Assembly (NCBI RefSeq): GCF_001194135.2
Contig: NC_068983.1
Location: 101,979,416-102,043,415, forward strand
Reading direction: 5' to 3'
From: Octopus bimaculoides
Taxonomy: Eukaryota
DNA: 64,000 nt
Below the pieces are notes generated by a model. That model saw only the letters and a list, made by a program, of their open reading frames with translations. It had not been told where the DNA came from and made no database searches. The position numbers and the translations under genes were made by a program. Numbering within the stretch: position 1 is the first letter of the stretch; each line of letters begins with the position of its first letter. Positions 50,715 through 63,479 of this stretch are shown one piece after another.

Positions 50715-51415
50715 CATATATATACATACANNNNNNNNNNNNNNNNNNNNNNNNNNNNNNNNNNNNNNNNNNNNNNNNNNNNNNNNNNNNNNNNNNNNNN
50801 NNNNNNNNNNNNNNNNNNNNNNNNNNNNNNNNNNNNNNNNNNNNNNNNNNNNNNNNNNNNNNNNNNNNNNNNNNNNNNNNNNNNNNNNNNNNNNNNNNNN
50901 NNNNNNNNNNNNNNNNNNNNNNNNNNNNNNNNNNNNNNNNNNNNNNNNNNNNNNNNNNNNNNNNNNNNNNNNNNNNNNNNNNNNNNNNNNNNNNNNNNNN
51001 NNNNNNNNNNNNNNNNNNNNNNNNNNNNNNNNNNNNNNNNNNNNNNNNNNNNNNNNNNNNNNNNNNNNNNNNNNNNNNNNNNNNNNNNNNNNNNNNNNNN
51101 NNNNNNNNNNNNNNNNNNNNNNNNNNNNNNNNNNNNNNNNNNNNNNNNNNNNNNNNNNNNNNNNNNNNNNNNNNNNNNNNNNNNNNNNNNNNNNNNNNNN
51201 NNNNNNNNNNNNNNNNNNNNNNNNNNNNNNNNNNNNNNNNNNNNNNNNNNNNNNNNNNNNNNNNNNNNNNNNNNNNNNNNNNNNNNNNNNNNNNNNNNNN
51301 NNNNNNNNNNNNNNNNNNNNNNNNNNNNNNNNNNNNNNNNNNNNNNNNNNNNNNNNNNNNNNNNNNNNNNNNTATATATACATATATATATATATACACA
51401 TATATATATATACAT

Positions 51416-51456
<41 letters not shown>

Positions 51457-51469
51457 AAGAAAATACAGA

Positions 51470-51640
51470 AGGATCAGTTAATTATGATTTTATTGAACAT
51501 ATTCCCTTCTCAGATTCACACAATTATTGCAACAGTCCTTAAGTTTTTCTATGCCCTTTAAAAGAACTCAGAAAGTTAGGCCTCCAATCAGGCCTTTCAT
51601 GACACCCTTAAAATCAGGAACTTCTCAGCACCCACTCATA
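51470..51640 (-). mobile_element. Probable mariner-derived non-autonomous remnant
   Basis: Reverse complement GAGTGGGTGCTGAGAAGTTCCTG resembles mariner-type termini. Confidence 0.35.
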
Positions 51641-51847
51641 TGCATGTGTGAACATGTGCGCATATATATGTATATATGAATGCATACACAATGTGCACAC
51701 ACACACACACACAGAGGGGACACACACACACACACACATTTGAATTATGCAATAGAAGCAGCTCTATAATAAAAATATTGTCAATACAATATGTGTGTAT
51801 GTGTGTGTGCGTGCATTCATGCGTACATGCTTGTGCATGTTCTTAAA

Positions 51848-52121
51848 ATGCCAGAAGCTGTTGCTTTTCAACCAGGAAAATCCCTTTCAAGACAGAGTGT
51901 TAAAAAACAATATACTTCAGACCTAGGTGAAATGAAATCACCTCAGAAGTGATCATGAGAGCAAAGATACATATTTTGCAGTGGTTGTGACCTATCAATA
52001 TCGCATACTTGTGCCACTTCCAGGATAATTGATTCACCTATGTTTGAAGTACATTGCATTTTTTAACACCATATGTCTTTAAAGAGATTTTTCATGGATG
52101 AAAAACCATAGCTTCTGGCAT
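51848..52121. repeat. Fold-back / MITE-like element with long imperfect TIRs
   Basis: Arms 51848-51931 and 52033-52121 (ATGCCAGAAGCT...CTAGGTGAA versus TTCACCTA...AGCTTCTGGCAT), about 100-nt spacer. Confidence 0.7.
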
Positions 52122-53311
52122 GTAAACAACATACATATATTAATTTCAGCTTCTTTGTAAGAGCAAGACATCTTTTATGAAAATGTTTCTCTTGTTAATT
52201 AGATAAAATATACTTTATTATTAGTTTTTAAATCTAATATAGTTAGATTCCAACTATATTTACTCTCTTAATATTCATAGACATATTGTTTCAGTATGAT
52301 TTCATTTCTTTGATATGAATTAATCAGGGGTGTATTAATTATATTATATTTACTCAGAATTGAAAAATTAAAAGTGAAAGCTGATAGAGATTAAAATAAT
52401 TGATACTAATATTAGATAAAGATTAATATGGTTATTACTCATTTCATATTCAATAGAATAAGAGGTAAATTTAAATTCACATACAAATTTTGAAATTCTT
52501 TAAAATAATTTCTATATATCTTGCTCAGCTGATGTTGGGTAGCAGGTCATTCTTTAGTAATGCTGCGTTCTTTGGAGGTTTTCTTCATTTCATTTCATTC
52601 TGTGTAGGTGCAAAAAAAACTATTCCCTTTCCTCAGTCTTGAGGTTTCACTGGCTTCTTTGATAGCTAAGTGTAGCCTGCAGTTTTTGGGGTAGAGTGGC
52701 TCTTGTTGATGATGCTTCATGGATTACAAAATCCATGGTCCTGAGTTCTGAAATGAATTGGGAGAAGGATAGGATAGGGAGTTTCTCTCTATCAATCTGA
52801 ATAAGCACACATAGAATACATCCCAATCCTTGATCCTTGAGTTTCCAGAAAAATAAGGACAAAACTTTTCCCTGTAACTTAATATGAATGAGTGCATATG
52901 TGTCTAATATTATCTTTTGAATGTATTCACAGTATGTCATATGTGATTCTCTTCCTTATTCTACATTGTCACTTGCCTCAGCCACTGAAAATAAACCTAT
53001 CTCGTGCATTGAACACACACAGTTTCATGCATTCACCAAATATTGTTTCAACAACCTTGCTTGTACAACATATGCATGAAATTCTAATTAACAATATAGT
53101 GAATCATCAAATAATTTCTAATAACTACGTACTCTACACCATGTATTAAGTATTCTTTTCATTCCTATGTAAACATATATACATATGTATGTGTGAGTGT
53201 GAGTGTGTGTGTATCAAACATAAATGCAGAAATATAGATAAACATATAAATAAGTCTATATTATTAATGTATTTCAAACTGAATTCAGTTATTACATGCA
53301 CACACACATTC

Positions 53312-53357
<46 letters not shown>

Positions 53358-53428
53358 CATTATAAATATACAGGGATTAGCAATTGAGTTGCTTCTCCAA
53401 CATACTGAAAATTTAGAAATAGCAGTCA

Positions 53429-53542
53429 AAGAACTACTGATTCCAAACTACAAATTTTTCTCTAAAGCGGATGGCGATATTTATGGCACACATAGAACAA
53501 AAAATTTAGAGAAAAATTTGTAGTTTGGAATCAGTAGTTCTT
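53429..53542. repeat. Perfect 38-bp inverted repeat ending at a gap
   Basis: AAGAACTACTGATTCCAAACTACAAATTTTTCTCTAAA (53429-53466) and its exact reverse complement (53505-53542). Confidence 0.85.
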
Positions 53543-55064
53543 NNNNNNNNNNNNNNNNNNNNNNNNNNNNNNNNNNNNNNNNNNNNNNNNNNNNNNNNNN
53601 NNNNNNNNNNNNNNNNNNNNNNNNNNNNNNNNNNNNNNNNNNNNNNNNNNNNNNNNNNNNNNNNNNNNNNNNNNNNNNNNNNNNNNNNNNNNNNNNNNNN
53701 NNNNNNNNNNNNNNNNNNNNNNNNNNNNNNNNNNNNNNNNNNNNNNNNNNNNNNNNNNNNNNNNNNNNNNNNNNNNNNNNNNNNNNNNNNNNNNNNNNNN
53801 NNNNNNNNNNNNNNNNNNNNNNNNNNNNNNNNNNNNNNNNNNNNNNNNNNNNNNNNNNNNNNNNNNNNNNNNNNNNNNNNNNNNNNNNNNNNNNNNNNNN
53901 NNATATATATATAGTGTATACAGAGTTTAGTGGTTATAATAACCAACTAAGGGATAAAATATCCGTATACACTGTTGGTATCCATTACCTGTGTTATCCC
54001 TGGGCATTGGTTGCAGGCACACTATGTATGTGGAGTGCAGGTAACAACAGGATAAACAAGAGTTTAGAAGGAAACAAATACAAATAATCAGAAAATAGAG
54101 AAAACCTCAGATTAACAAACATGTAGATTGGACCACATTTATAGCTTCATCAATACACACACCCACACCCACACACATGCGTGCATGCACACACACACAC
54201 GCACACACAACCCTATATGTATCGAGCAGATGTGATAACATACTATATATGAACATAGTAACAATACTCAAAGCAACTAGTGAGCTATATATGTAATTTT
54301 TTTTTCATTTGAGATGTTACCTTCTTTATATGATCATATATTGAGAAATTATTTATTCCAAGTTATGGAAATAAGACCAAAATAAGCCTAACTATTGAAA
54401 TATATGTGTCACATAAATCAAAAAGAATAAAGCCATAAAATTCTTCAGTAAACCATTTTACAGAGCACACTGAGAAAACTTAATATAAGCTTTTTGCTTC
54501 CATTTACATAAAATCGTACAATAACCTTTTGCATACTAAACTTAGTTATTCATATCACATCAAACCAGAATCCTCAGAAATTGAGTAATTTAGTTTTCAT
54601 CCAAACCTCAGATTTTTGTTAGATGTATCTCTTTCTATAGAAAGCATTTCTCTTTGTGGTCTTCATACTTGCTATTGTACAGAAACTTATAATCTTTAGT
54701 GTTTCTAAAGAAACCACAAAAGAAATATCAGCGATTTCTTTCAGTTTAGATCAGTTGAATCGTAAGAACACATTCATGTTTTTGTCACACAAAATAAATA
54801 TAAACAGACACAAAATAAGATTATTGAATTACTTGTTAGAATCTAGCTTGTACAAACATGACAATAAATAATATTAATGATATTCTACTGGAAAACTAAA
54901 ATTAAGAGGTTGCTCGTGTTGACAGTGTCTTTCCAAAAAATGACAGCTTTATGGTTTTGTGAAAATTTGTGTGATTTAAAAAAAAAATTTCCAGTGTTAA
55001 ATTACAAGATCTAGCAGAATAGCATTCTTCTGTGAAATATGTTATCATTTTTATATAGATCCCC

Positions 55065-55597
55065 CCACCCCGATCCCTTATCTGGTGGTCAATGAGGAAA
55101 CTAGAGGTAGAAGAATGGTTAGTGAGAGCTGTGCGAGCCATGTACGGAGATGTTGTCAGTAAGGTGAGAGTTAGCAACGAATATAGTGAAGAATTCTGGG
55201 TAGAGGTAGGGGTCCACCAAGGCTCAGTCCTCAGCCCCCTCCTATTTATCATAATCCTCCAGGCAATAACACAGGAATTGAAGACAGGATGCCCCTGGGA
55301 GCTCCTCTATGCTGATGACCTTGCTCTAATTGCTGAGTCACTAGGAGAAGTTTCAGGTGTGGAAGCAAGGACTAGAATTGAAAGGCCTTAGAGTCAACCT
55401 AGCTAAAACCAAAGTCCTAATAAGTAGGAAGGTAGACGAAACACAAACCCCTTCAGGTAGATGGCCCTGCTCAATCTGTAGAAAAGGCGTAGGTAGAAAC
55501 TCTATAAGATGTACCCAGTGTAAGCTATGGACACAAGAGGTGCAGCAATATCAAAGGAAGGTTAACTAGGAAGTTAGTTTTTGTATGTGGCAGATGG
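55065..55597 (+). mobile_element. RTE LINE RT fragment (PHD-insert family), best-preserved copy
   Basis: GVHQGSVLSPLLF, WELLYADDL (YADD 55308-55319), GRWPCSICRKGVGRNSIRCTQCKLWT(H)KRC...VCGR. Confidence 0.93.
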
Positions 55598-55699
55598 AAT
55601 CATCTGCAAAGATTTTCAATGTAGAATGTTTGATGACGTCTACTATGTCATCGATGCTGAAGATGAACTAGGAAGAAAACATAGAGAAGAGGTATGTCA

Positions 55700-56050
55700 A
55701 GAAAGAATCATCTTTGCCTGAAGGATTTATCCAACTCTGCAATTGCTTTAGTTTCAGCACACAATCTCAGATCAAAATACTTGCCATACAAGTACATCTC
55801 TGTAATTCCAATAGCTTCAGCCAGGCTACCAGAATTCTGAGGAAAACTGTTACTTGTTGCTTGAGAATAACAACTATGCAATATCTTCACATTATAAAAC
55901 ATTGCATATCACTGGGAATTTACCTGAAGAGGACATATTGTGTAAATTTCGAAAAATTTCATACATAGTAGAATTTTTTGTTAGTGAACAGGTTGCAGTT
56001 TCAAGCAATGAAAATTTCAACACCATATTACAAGTAAATGTTTAAGTGAA
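55700..56050 (+). mobile_element. Possible degenerate piggyBac transposase fragment
   Basis: KTLHITGNLPEEDILCKFRKISYIVEFF resembles the piggyBac LHFxDN...DxLxKxRP segment; low similarity. Confidence 0.35.
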
Positions 56051-56200
56051 GTTGGTGGTCTTTGTGTGTTCCTGAATGGCTATCTTATGTCTTCTGCACT
56101 GCAATCTCTGTTTTTTTTTTAAATGGAAGTAGTACTACATGCCCTTGAAAGAAGAGTTGGAGGGAGACCTGAATGACACAGGGCAGAATGTCTTCTCCCT

Positions 56201-56294
56201 TGACTAAGGAAAACTGTATGAAAGTGTGTATCTGACTAAGGAAAAGTGTAAGAAAGTGTGTATCTGATTAAGGAAAAGTGTATGAAAGTGTGAC
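56201..56294. repeat. 32-bp tandem repeat, about 3 copies
   Basis: TGACTAAGGAAAAGTGTATGAAAGTGTGTATC units at 56201, 56233 and 56265. Confidence 0.9.
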
Positions 56295-56959
56295 TGATAA
56301 TGAGAAGGTAGGCAATGGTCCAGTGATACATGCCTGCCTACAGGTTGATGCCGCAATACTTGGTTAGGAAAAATGCAAAAGTTGAAGGCCAGAAACATTG
56401 GTGATGAGATGGAACTTTGTGTTTTTTTTTTGGGGGGGGGGCACATTTGCAGCACTGTATGGGTAGGTGATAAGTACAGAGGTAACCTGCAATATGTGAT
56501 CAAGTGGTGTCTACAAGAACTTCAAGATCCTCATAACATTTGAAGAATGCAAGGCCTATCTCAGAGTTATATTCAGTTGTGAGTGAGGATGGGAGGCCAG
56601 TTAGACAAATGATGTTGGGTAGGAGGGCAAAATATACACATCTGGTAGTAAAGGCCACCAAATGGCCTTTTAAACAGAAGAAGGGAAAGTGCACAGGAGA
56701 AGGATGTAACAACAGATAGCAGCTACAGAATGAGGCTTCCTGGAGTGAAAACAGCAGGGAAGAAAACCACGGCTGTTGCTGCTGCCTCAGTTTCAATAAT
56801 ATTGCTTGTTAGTATTCTAAAGATAGCCAGAAGAGAAACAAAGATGAATGGTATCAGCTTTTCCACAACATCAGTGGTGGGAGCCGATGAGCTGGGAAAT
56901 CAAGACAAAAAGTTTCTCTTCCCCTCAGTACAAAGCTGGCCAGAGACTCCAAGTAACTC

Positions 56960-57270
56960 TTCAAACCCATCACCTCATAGTGACAAGATCATAGACCTTG
57001 GAAAGGAATAGGAGGAGAATAGAAAAAGGAAGAAGGGGCAAGCAAAAAAACATAAAGTCACTGTTGGTCCTCTAGTTAATGAGAACAACTCTCTACATGA
57101 TGATACAAAATTCATGTGCAAGATACTGCAGAGACAATACTGCTCTATTTTCAGTAACACTAATGTGGTTGATCTGGCTAGTATCAGTGATGTAAATCCT
57201 CAACTAGCTGTATCTAGCATAACTTTTGGTGCTCCTGATATCCTAACAGAAATAAATAAGACCAAACATA
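56960..57270 (+). mobile_element. CR1/L2-group LINE fragment (endonuclease-RT linker)
   Basis: VTVGPLVNENNSLHDDTKFMCKILQRQYCSIFS...ITFGAPDILTEINK resembles the linker preceding the K(S/A)xGPD motif. Confidence 0.45.
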
Positions 57271-57374
57271 ACATATGTTCTTTCTGTTTTTGTTGTTATC
57301 ATTATCGTCGTCGTCGTCGTCGTCGTCGCCGTCATCATCATCATCATCATCATCATTATTATTATTATTATGAA

Positions 57375-57560
57375 GGTAGTAAATTGGAAGAATCAATAAA
57401 TCATTAGACAAAATGCCTAGCAGTATTTGTCCCACCTCTTTACATTCCAGTTTCAAATTCTGCTGAGGTCAGTTATGCCTTTCATCCTTCCAGGATTGAT
57501 AAAAATAAGGTACCAGTCAACTAGTGGGTTTCTTTTTCCCACCAAATTTCTAGTCTTGTG
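57375..57560 (+). mobile_element. tRNA-derived SINE (family A), degenerate
   Basis: GCCTTTCATCC core and head remnant. Confidence 0.65.
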
Positions 57561-58737
57561 CATAATATGAAAGAAATTATTATTATCATTATTATTCTAA
57601 TAATACAATCTTTTAATAAATCTAATCATTAATTACCAGAAAGTAAGTCTAATATTAAACATACTAATCAAATTTAACAATTTATTAGCGAGCTGTTCAG
57701 CTATTATAAAAACACGCACATACAAACAAACACACACAGATATATACTTCTTAAACTCATCCACATACAAAGAAATAAAAGCAATTTTCAAATTAATTTT
57801 TTTTACTGTCAATTGTTCATTCATAACTGAAATGTAATTAATGATGTTTGATTTTATATGAATTTGCTGGAAGGAAGTATGTGGACTGAAAGACTATTGT
57901 CTGAATTTGTGGTTGTGTTGTTGTCTATATTAATGCCGTTGTTGTTATTTCTGTTGTCAACAGAATTACTTTCTTTCTAGAATACTGTGAAAATTTTCTT
58001 GAATATTGTGAAAAATACTTTCATGAAAGACCACTAAGTCTGTTGGTGACTTTCAGACTAATGATGATGCTTCATTAGCATTTGTCTTCTACTGATCTGA
58101 TTGAAACTGGAAGTAAATGCTAATTAAAACTGTAAAGATATCAGACAACAAGCTACTTGTCATGATACTAGAATTATTAGTTTTAAACAGTTCAGTATAT
58201 TGAATTACAAATTTAAATAACACACAGATATAATTGGAAGTGATGTCATTGATTCCTTATCTAAGTGCAAGATCTTGAATCATAGAAGAGCTATTAATAC
58301 CTTTTCTTTATCAAAAATGAAGATTAACTGGTTAAGGACTAGAAAATAAAGCTAGATAGTAGACATGACTTACAAAGTGCTTATATGTATACATCATTTT
58401 TCAAATTTAGGAATGGATACCATAGGTTTCTTTTTTTTAATGAGACAAAGGAATCAAAGGTTGTTGAGAAAAAAGAAATGAGAGGTTGAGACTTGTATGG
58501 ATTTCCAAGAGGCATTTGCAATGTAGGATTTTACATATATATTTTAGCCCCACAAATCCACCCCAAAAAGGTGAAAGTAAAAAACCCTAGAGGAATGAAA
58601 TACATATTGTAATGCAGTAGTCCTGTAGACTATTGTCTCAGCCAGTTTTAGTTCTGTTGATGTAGAGATATTAAGAAGTGTAAAAAAAAAATAATAAAAT
58701 TTTCAAAGCTGAAGAAAGAAAATGAAATATCTTTAAT

Positions 58738-58955
58738 ATAGGTATGAGCTGACAGAATCATGAGCATGCTGGGCAAAATGCTTAGAGGCATTTCGTCCAT
58801 CTTTACATTCTGTGTTCAAATTCTGCTGAGGTCAACTTTGCCATTCATCCTTTTGGAGTTGATAAAATGTGTATCAGTTAAGCATTGACATCAGTGTAAT
58901 CAACTAACTCTAACCCTTCCCCGAACTTGCTGGCCTTGTGCCAAAATTTGAAATC
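58738..58955 (+). mobile_element. tRNA-derived SINE (family A)
   Basis: Full colinearity with other copies. Confidence 0.8.
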
Positions 58956-58999
58956 AAAATAGGTAGTGCTAAGTAAACTGTGGCAAAGGTTGAATTATC

Positions 59000-59800
59000 A
59001 TCATCATCATCATCATAGTTTAACATCCACCTTCCATGCTAGCATCGGCGGAATGGTTTCACAAGAGGCGGCCAAGCAGAAGCCTGCACCAGACTTTTGT
59101 GGCTGTTTTGGCAGGATTTTTACAGCTGGATGCCCTTCCTAACACCAACCAATCAGCAGAGTGGACTTGGTGCTTTTTACGTGGTGCAAGTGAAGTCAGT
59201 TTTGACAAGGTTTTTACAGCTGGATGTCCTTCCAAACACCAACCACTTTTGAAGGCAGTGATCTTGTGTTGGATGATGAAAGGTTATAGTGAGACAGAGA
59301 GACAGAAACAGATGTCTTGCTGTAGAGGAAGTACAAGGTTACCTGACCAGAGAGAGAGAGATCAGGAATGAAGATGGAAACTGGTACGCTACTACAAAGG
59401 AAATACATGGTTACCCAGCCTAAGGGAAGTGCAAGAGAAGGAGAGAGAGAGTGGGAGACAGTAGGATAGTGATGGTGGCAAAACGCTGGGCATACTCACA
59501 AGGAACGGGGATCAGAATACAAATAGGATGGTTGAGTAAAGGAAGAGAGGGGTACAGATGGTGGCAAGTGTCAGGGCATACCCTTGAGGTTTGAATGCCA
59601 TAATATAAGTGGCAGGATATTGCGAAGGAAGTGTGATTAAAAAGTGTGGAGTGGGGAGTGAATGGCGAAAACCTGGGTATATATAGAGAGAGAGTTGGGG
59701 GGGGGGGCTGCCAGATAGCAATGATACAGAAGAATAGGGCCTTGAGGGCAGGATTGGAGAGTGAGAGCTAGGCATAGTGTATGAAGGAGGAAAATTGAGG
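59000..59800 (-). mobile_element. RTE LINE 3'-UTR-related composite with GA-rich extension
   Basis: CATCATCAT...TTTAACATCCACCTTCCATGCTAGC tail and two CAGCTGGATG(C/T)CCTTCC blocks. Confidence 0.55.
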
Positions 59801-61207
59801 AAGAGAAGAGATGTGGAGATGCAGATTGGTTTGTTAGGGTAGGGTGAGTGAAAGTTTTCTTGTTATGCGTGGGTGGAACACACAGGTCAGAGGTTAGCAG
59901 ATAGCAATAATACATTAGCACTAATATATTACTAGTACCTACTTTGTCAACTTTAGGGAGAAGAACAGTGAAGCTAGCCTTGACAAGATTTGAACTCAGA
60001 ATGTAGTTGGGTGAGCCATTAGTGCAACTATTAAGTCCAGCTTGATGCATTTAATGAACAACAAACTATTAAGTTGAAATGTTAAAGGACATTCAACAGA
60101 TATAAAAATGAATGTGATAAGTGGTAAAAACTAAGCTGCCCTTCAGAACAACAACAAAAATAAACTTAAAATATTTCTTTGCAAGCTTAAATTTTTATGA
60201 TTGATCAAATGCAGCCTGGTTAGTTCAGTAAGCTAGAATTATTAATTAATACATGAACATGTGATATTTAAAACTAACCTTTTGATTCCACTTGCCATAG
60301 TTTTAAACTATCTACTTCATCATTAATTCTTTGCTAATAACTATTAACATTTAGATTTTTTTCTCTGTAGCTAGTGCCAAAAGGTATTGCAAAAGAAAAT
60401 ATCTTATATGATATTGATGCCAACAATGCGAAAATATAACATGTATATGTGAAAGTATTGTACAAATTTCATATAGTTATTCTAATGTATGAAGACAATA
60501 CTTTGAGCTAAATAATCGTGTGGGGTTTTTTTTTTTTCATTGAGAAAATGAGCAAACATATGTTTGTCTAGGAGGGCAGTAACTCTAAGTAAGTACTGAC
60601 ACAATAGAGAGAGCTTTTCAGTCCTGTTGTATGGGACAACCTCTTTAGAACCAAAATCATGATAAAATACACCTAGTATATTCTGTAAAGCAGTTGGTCA
60701 CAGGAAGAGCATCCAACCACAGGAACCATACTAATGAAGGATTCAGCACAAAAATATTACAGTATTGTCTTCTCACTGTCATATGATGAAAGCAAACAAA
60801 ACCTTTTTTTTTTCTTAACAAAACTGACTAATGAACATATGGGTGCAAGTATAGCTGTGTCGTTAAGAAGTTCACTTCACAACCACAAAGTTATTGATTC
60901 AATTATACTGCACAACAACTTGGGGAAAAATATCTTTCATCATAACCTTATTTTGATCAGTCTTGTCAGTGTCATTTGGTAGATAGAAAATGGTGGAAGC
61001 CAGGCATATATGCATGTGTGTGTGTGCACATGGGCCTATTTGTGTGCTGTGTATGTGTTTATATACTTTACTCATGTGAAATATCATTATCCTTATCATC
61101 ATCATTTTAATGTTCACATTTCCTTGCTTGCATGAGTCGGATGAAATTTGTTGAGGTAGATTTTTTTACAGTTGGATGCCTTTCTGTCAACAAGTTAGGT
61201 AATTTTT

Positions 61208-61600
61208 ACCTGTGTGGTAAGAAGCTTGCTTCCCAACCACATGGTTCTGGGTTCAGTCCCACTGTGTGGTACCTTAGGCAAGTGCCTTCTACTATAACCT
61301 CGGACTGAACAACATCTTGTGAGTGGATTTTGGTAGATGGAAACTGAAAGAAGTCAGTTGTGTGTGTGTGTGCGTGTGTGTGTGTCTATTTGTCCCCCAC
61401 CATTGCTTGACAACCAGTGTTGGTGTGTTTACATCTCTGTACCTTAGTGGTTTGGCAAAAGAGGCCGATAGAATAAGTACCAGACTTTAAAAATTTTTTA
61501 AAGTACTGAGGTCAATAAATTCGACTTAAAGTTTCTTCAAGGTAGTGCCCCAGCATGACCTCAGTCTAATGACTGAAACAGGCAAAAAATAAAAGATTAA
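61208..61600 (+). mobile_element. SINE family B, full length
   Basis: GTGTGGTAAGAAGCTTGCTTCCCAACCACATGGTTCTGGGTTCAGTCCC head, internal (TG)n, tail ATGACTGAAAC. Confidence 0.85.
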
Positions 61601-61708
61601 AGATGTCTAGACAAGCTTTCACAGAAGAATAGAAATAATGGATGCTGCTTGCATGACTGTGACACTCACAACTATCACACAATATCAACACAAGGGGACA
61701 GTAACACA

Positions 61709-61744
<36 letters not shown>

Positions 61745-61745
<1 letters not shown>

Positions 61746-61900
61746 ACAGGCTTCTTTCTGTTTCTATCTATGAAATCTACTCACAAGTCTTTGGTTGGCC
61801 CGGGGCTATAGTAGAAGACACTTGCCCAAGGTTCCATGCAGTGGGACTGAATCTGAAACGATGTGGTTGGGGAGCAAACTACATGGCCATGCCTGGGCTT
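61745..61900 (-). mobile_element. SINE family B 5' part
   Basis: Reverse complement of the family B head. Confidence 0.75.
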
Positions 61901-62839
61901 ATGCATATGAAACTCAATGAACTGGTACATTCATACACAAACAGAAAAAAACTTGAGCAATATTTGTTTTAAGTTGCACAAAAAATTCTTTTCACATTTC
62001 TGTCTTCCCCCACCCCACTCCATGAAAAGACAAAACCAGTGATTGACATATTGAAAACTTGTAACCATTGATACTGTTGTTCATAAAATTCAATATAAAT
62101 AAAAATATATAAAATAAATATCCTTTTGTGGGTCAATAGTCCACATACAATGTTTCAGCAATTTCACATTATTTTACAGAATGTTAGAATAAAACTAAGA
62201 ATTTGGTGTGAGAGGACTTATGCCAAGTTGAGAATCTAATCAAGTTATGACATTGGGGTATTTTGAAGAAGAAAAAAAAAAACATCTTATAACATATGGA
62301 AATAATTCACACAATAAAACCAACCAATAAATCAACAGAATAATAAAAAAAACAAACAACTCTGTCTCATGTAGAGCCAATAAGGTTTCTCCATATCAAT
62401 TGTAGCTATGCATTCTGGTATTTTGCCAAGTGCAACTTAGCAAAATTTGGTGAATCATCCTACTCATAATTTTGTCAGAAGAAATCTTGCTCCAGTGATC
62501 GATATATTTGGTTTTTATTATTTTGCCTTGAAATCCTCCTCAAACATATTCAGAGAAACCCCCATGTGTTTTTCTCATTTTATATTTGATACGGTACTTT
62601 TAATTGTGTATATGTATTGTATATATTGAGTACAGTACTTTTTTTTCTGGGGTAGTATTTTGCATACATTCAACTGTGTTTGCATTGTGATATGCATATA
62701 TGTTTGTACACATATATATACACATATATACATATGTGTGTGTATTTATGTATATATGTGTGTACATACATACATACATACATACTTATAATCTTTTACT
62801 GGTAGAATAATGAATGAAATGAGAAATAAACTTTCTCCA

Positions 62840-62995
62840 CATTCTGAGTTCAAATGCTGCTGAGGTCAGCTTTACTTTTCATCCTTTCGGGGTCAATAAA
62901 TTAAGTACTAGTGAAACACTGAGGTCAATGTAATCAACTAGGCCCTTCACCACCAAAAATTTCAGGCCTTGTGCCGTTGGTAGAAAGGATTATTA
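62840..62995 (+). mobile_element. tRNA-derived SINE (family A), 5'-truncated
   Basis: B-box, core and tail present. Confidence 0.75.
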
Positions 62996-63479
62996 GAAGC
63001 TTCCCTTATTTCTCATTTCATTCATTTTTCTACTTCTGAAATACAATGCTTCAAGTCAACAACAATACTCTTCACTCTTTTACTAAGTTCAGTTATCAGA
63101 CTGTGATAGTGCTGGAGCACTCCCTCGGAGGGTCTGCTTCATTAAATCAACCACAGTACTTACTTTATCTTTGGATCTTACTCTACCCTCCCTTTTTGCT
63201 GAACTACTAAGTTATGTGGGTGTAGACAATCCAACAATAGTTGTCAAGCAGTGAGAGATAAACACGAAAATGTGCAAACACGCAGGCACACACAGACACA
63301 GACGTATGTGTGTGTGTATGTGCATGCATGTATGTGTGCGTGTGTATATATAAAATATAAGGATAAAATCTATATAAGAATTTATCAAGTATCCAGGGTG
63401 AAAAACCAGTTTAGGAAAAAATTAATACCAAATATATAATTTTTCTTTTAGATATAAATACATAATAAATGCATATATA

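Noticed and set aside
56730-57011. 93-aa ORF with an apparent signal or transmembrane segment
   Set aside because: It abuts and overlaps a decayed CR1/L2-like fragment, with no splice or homology support.
61208-61280. tRNA-like A/B boxes in many repeats
   Set aside because: They are SINE heads: there is no complete cloverleaf and each continues into a conserved SINE body.
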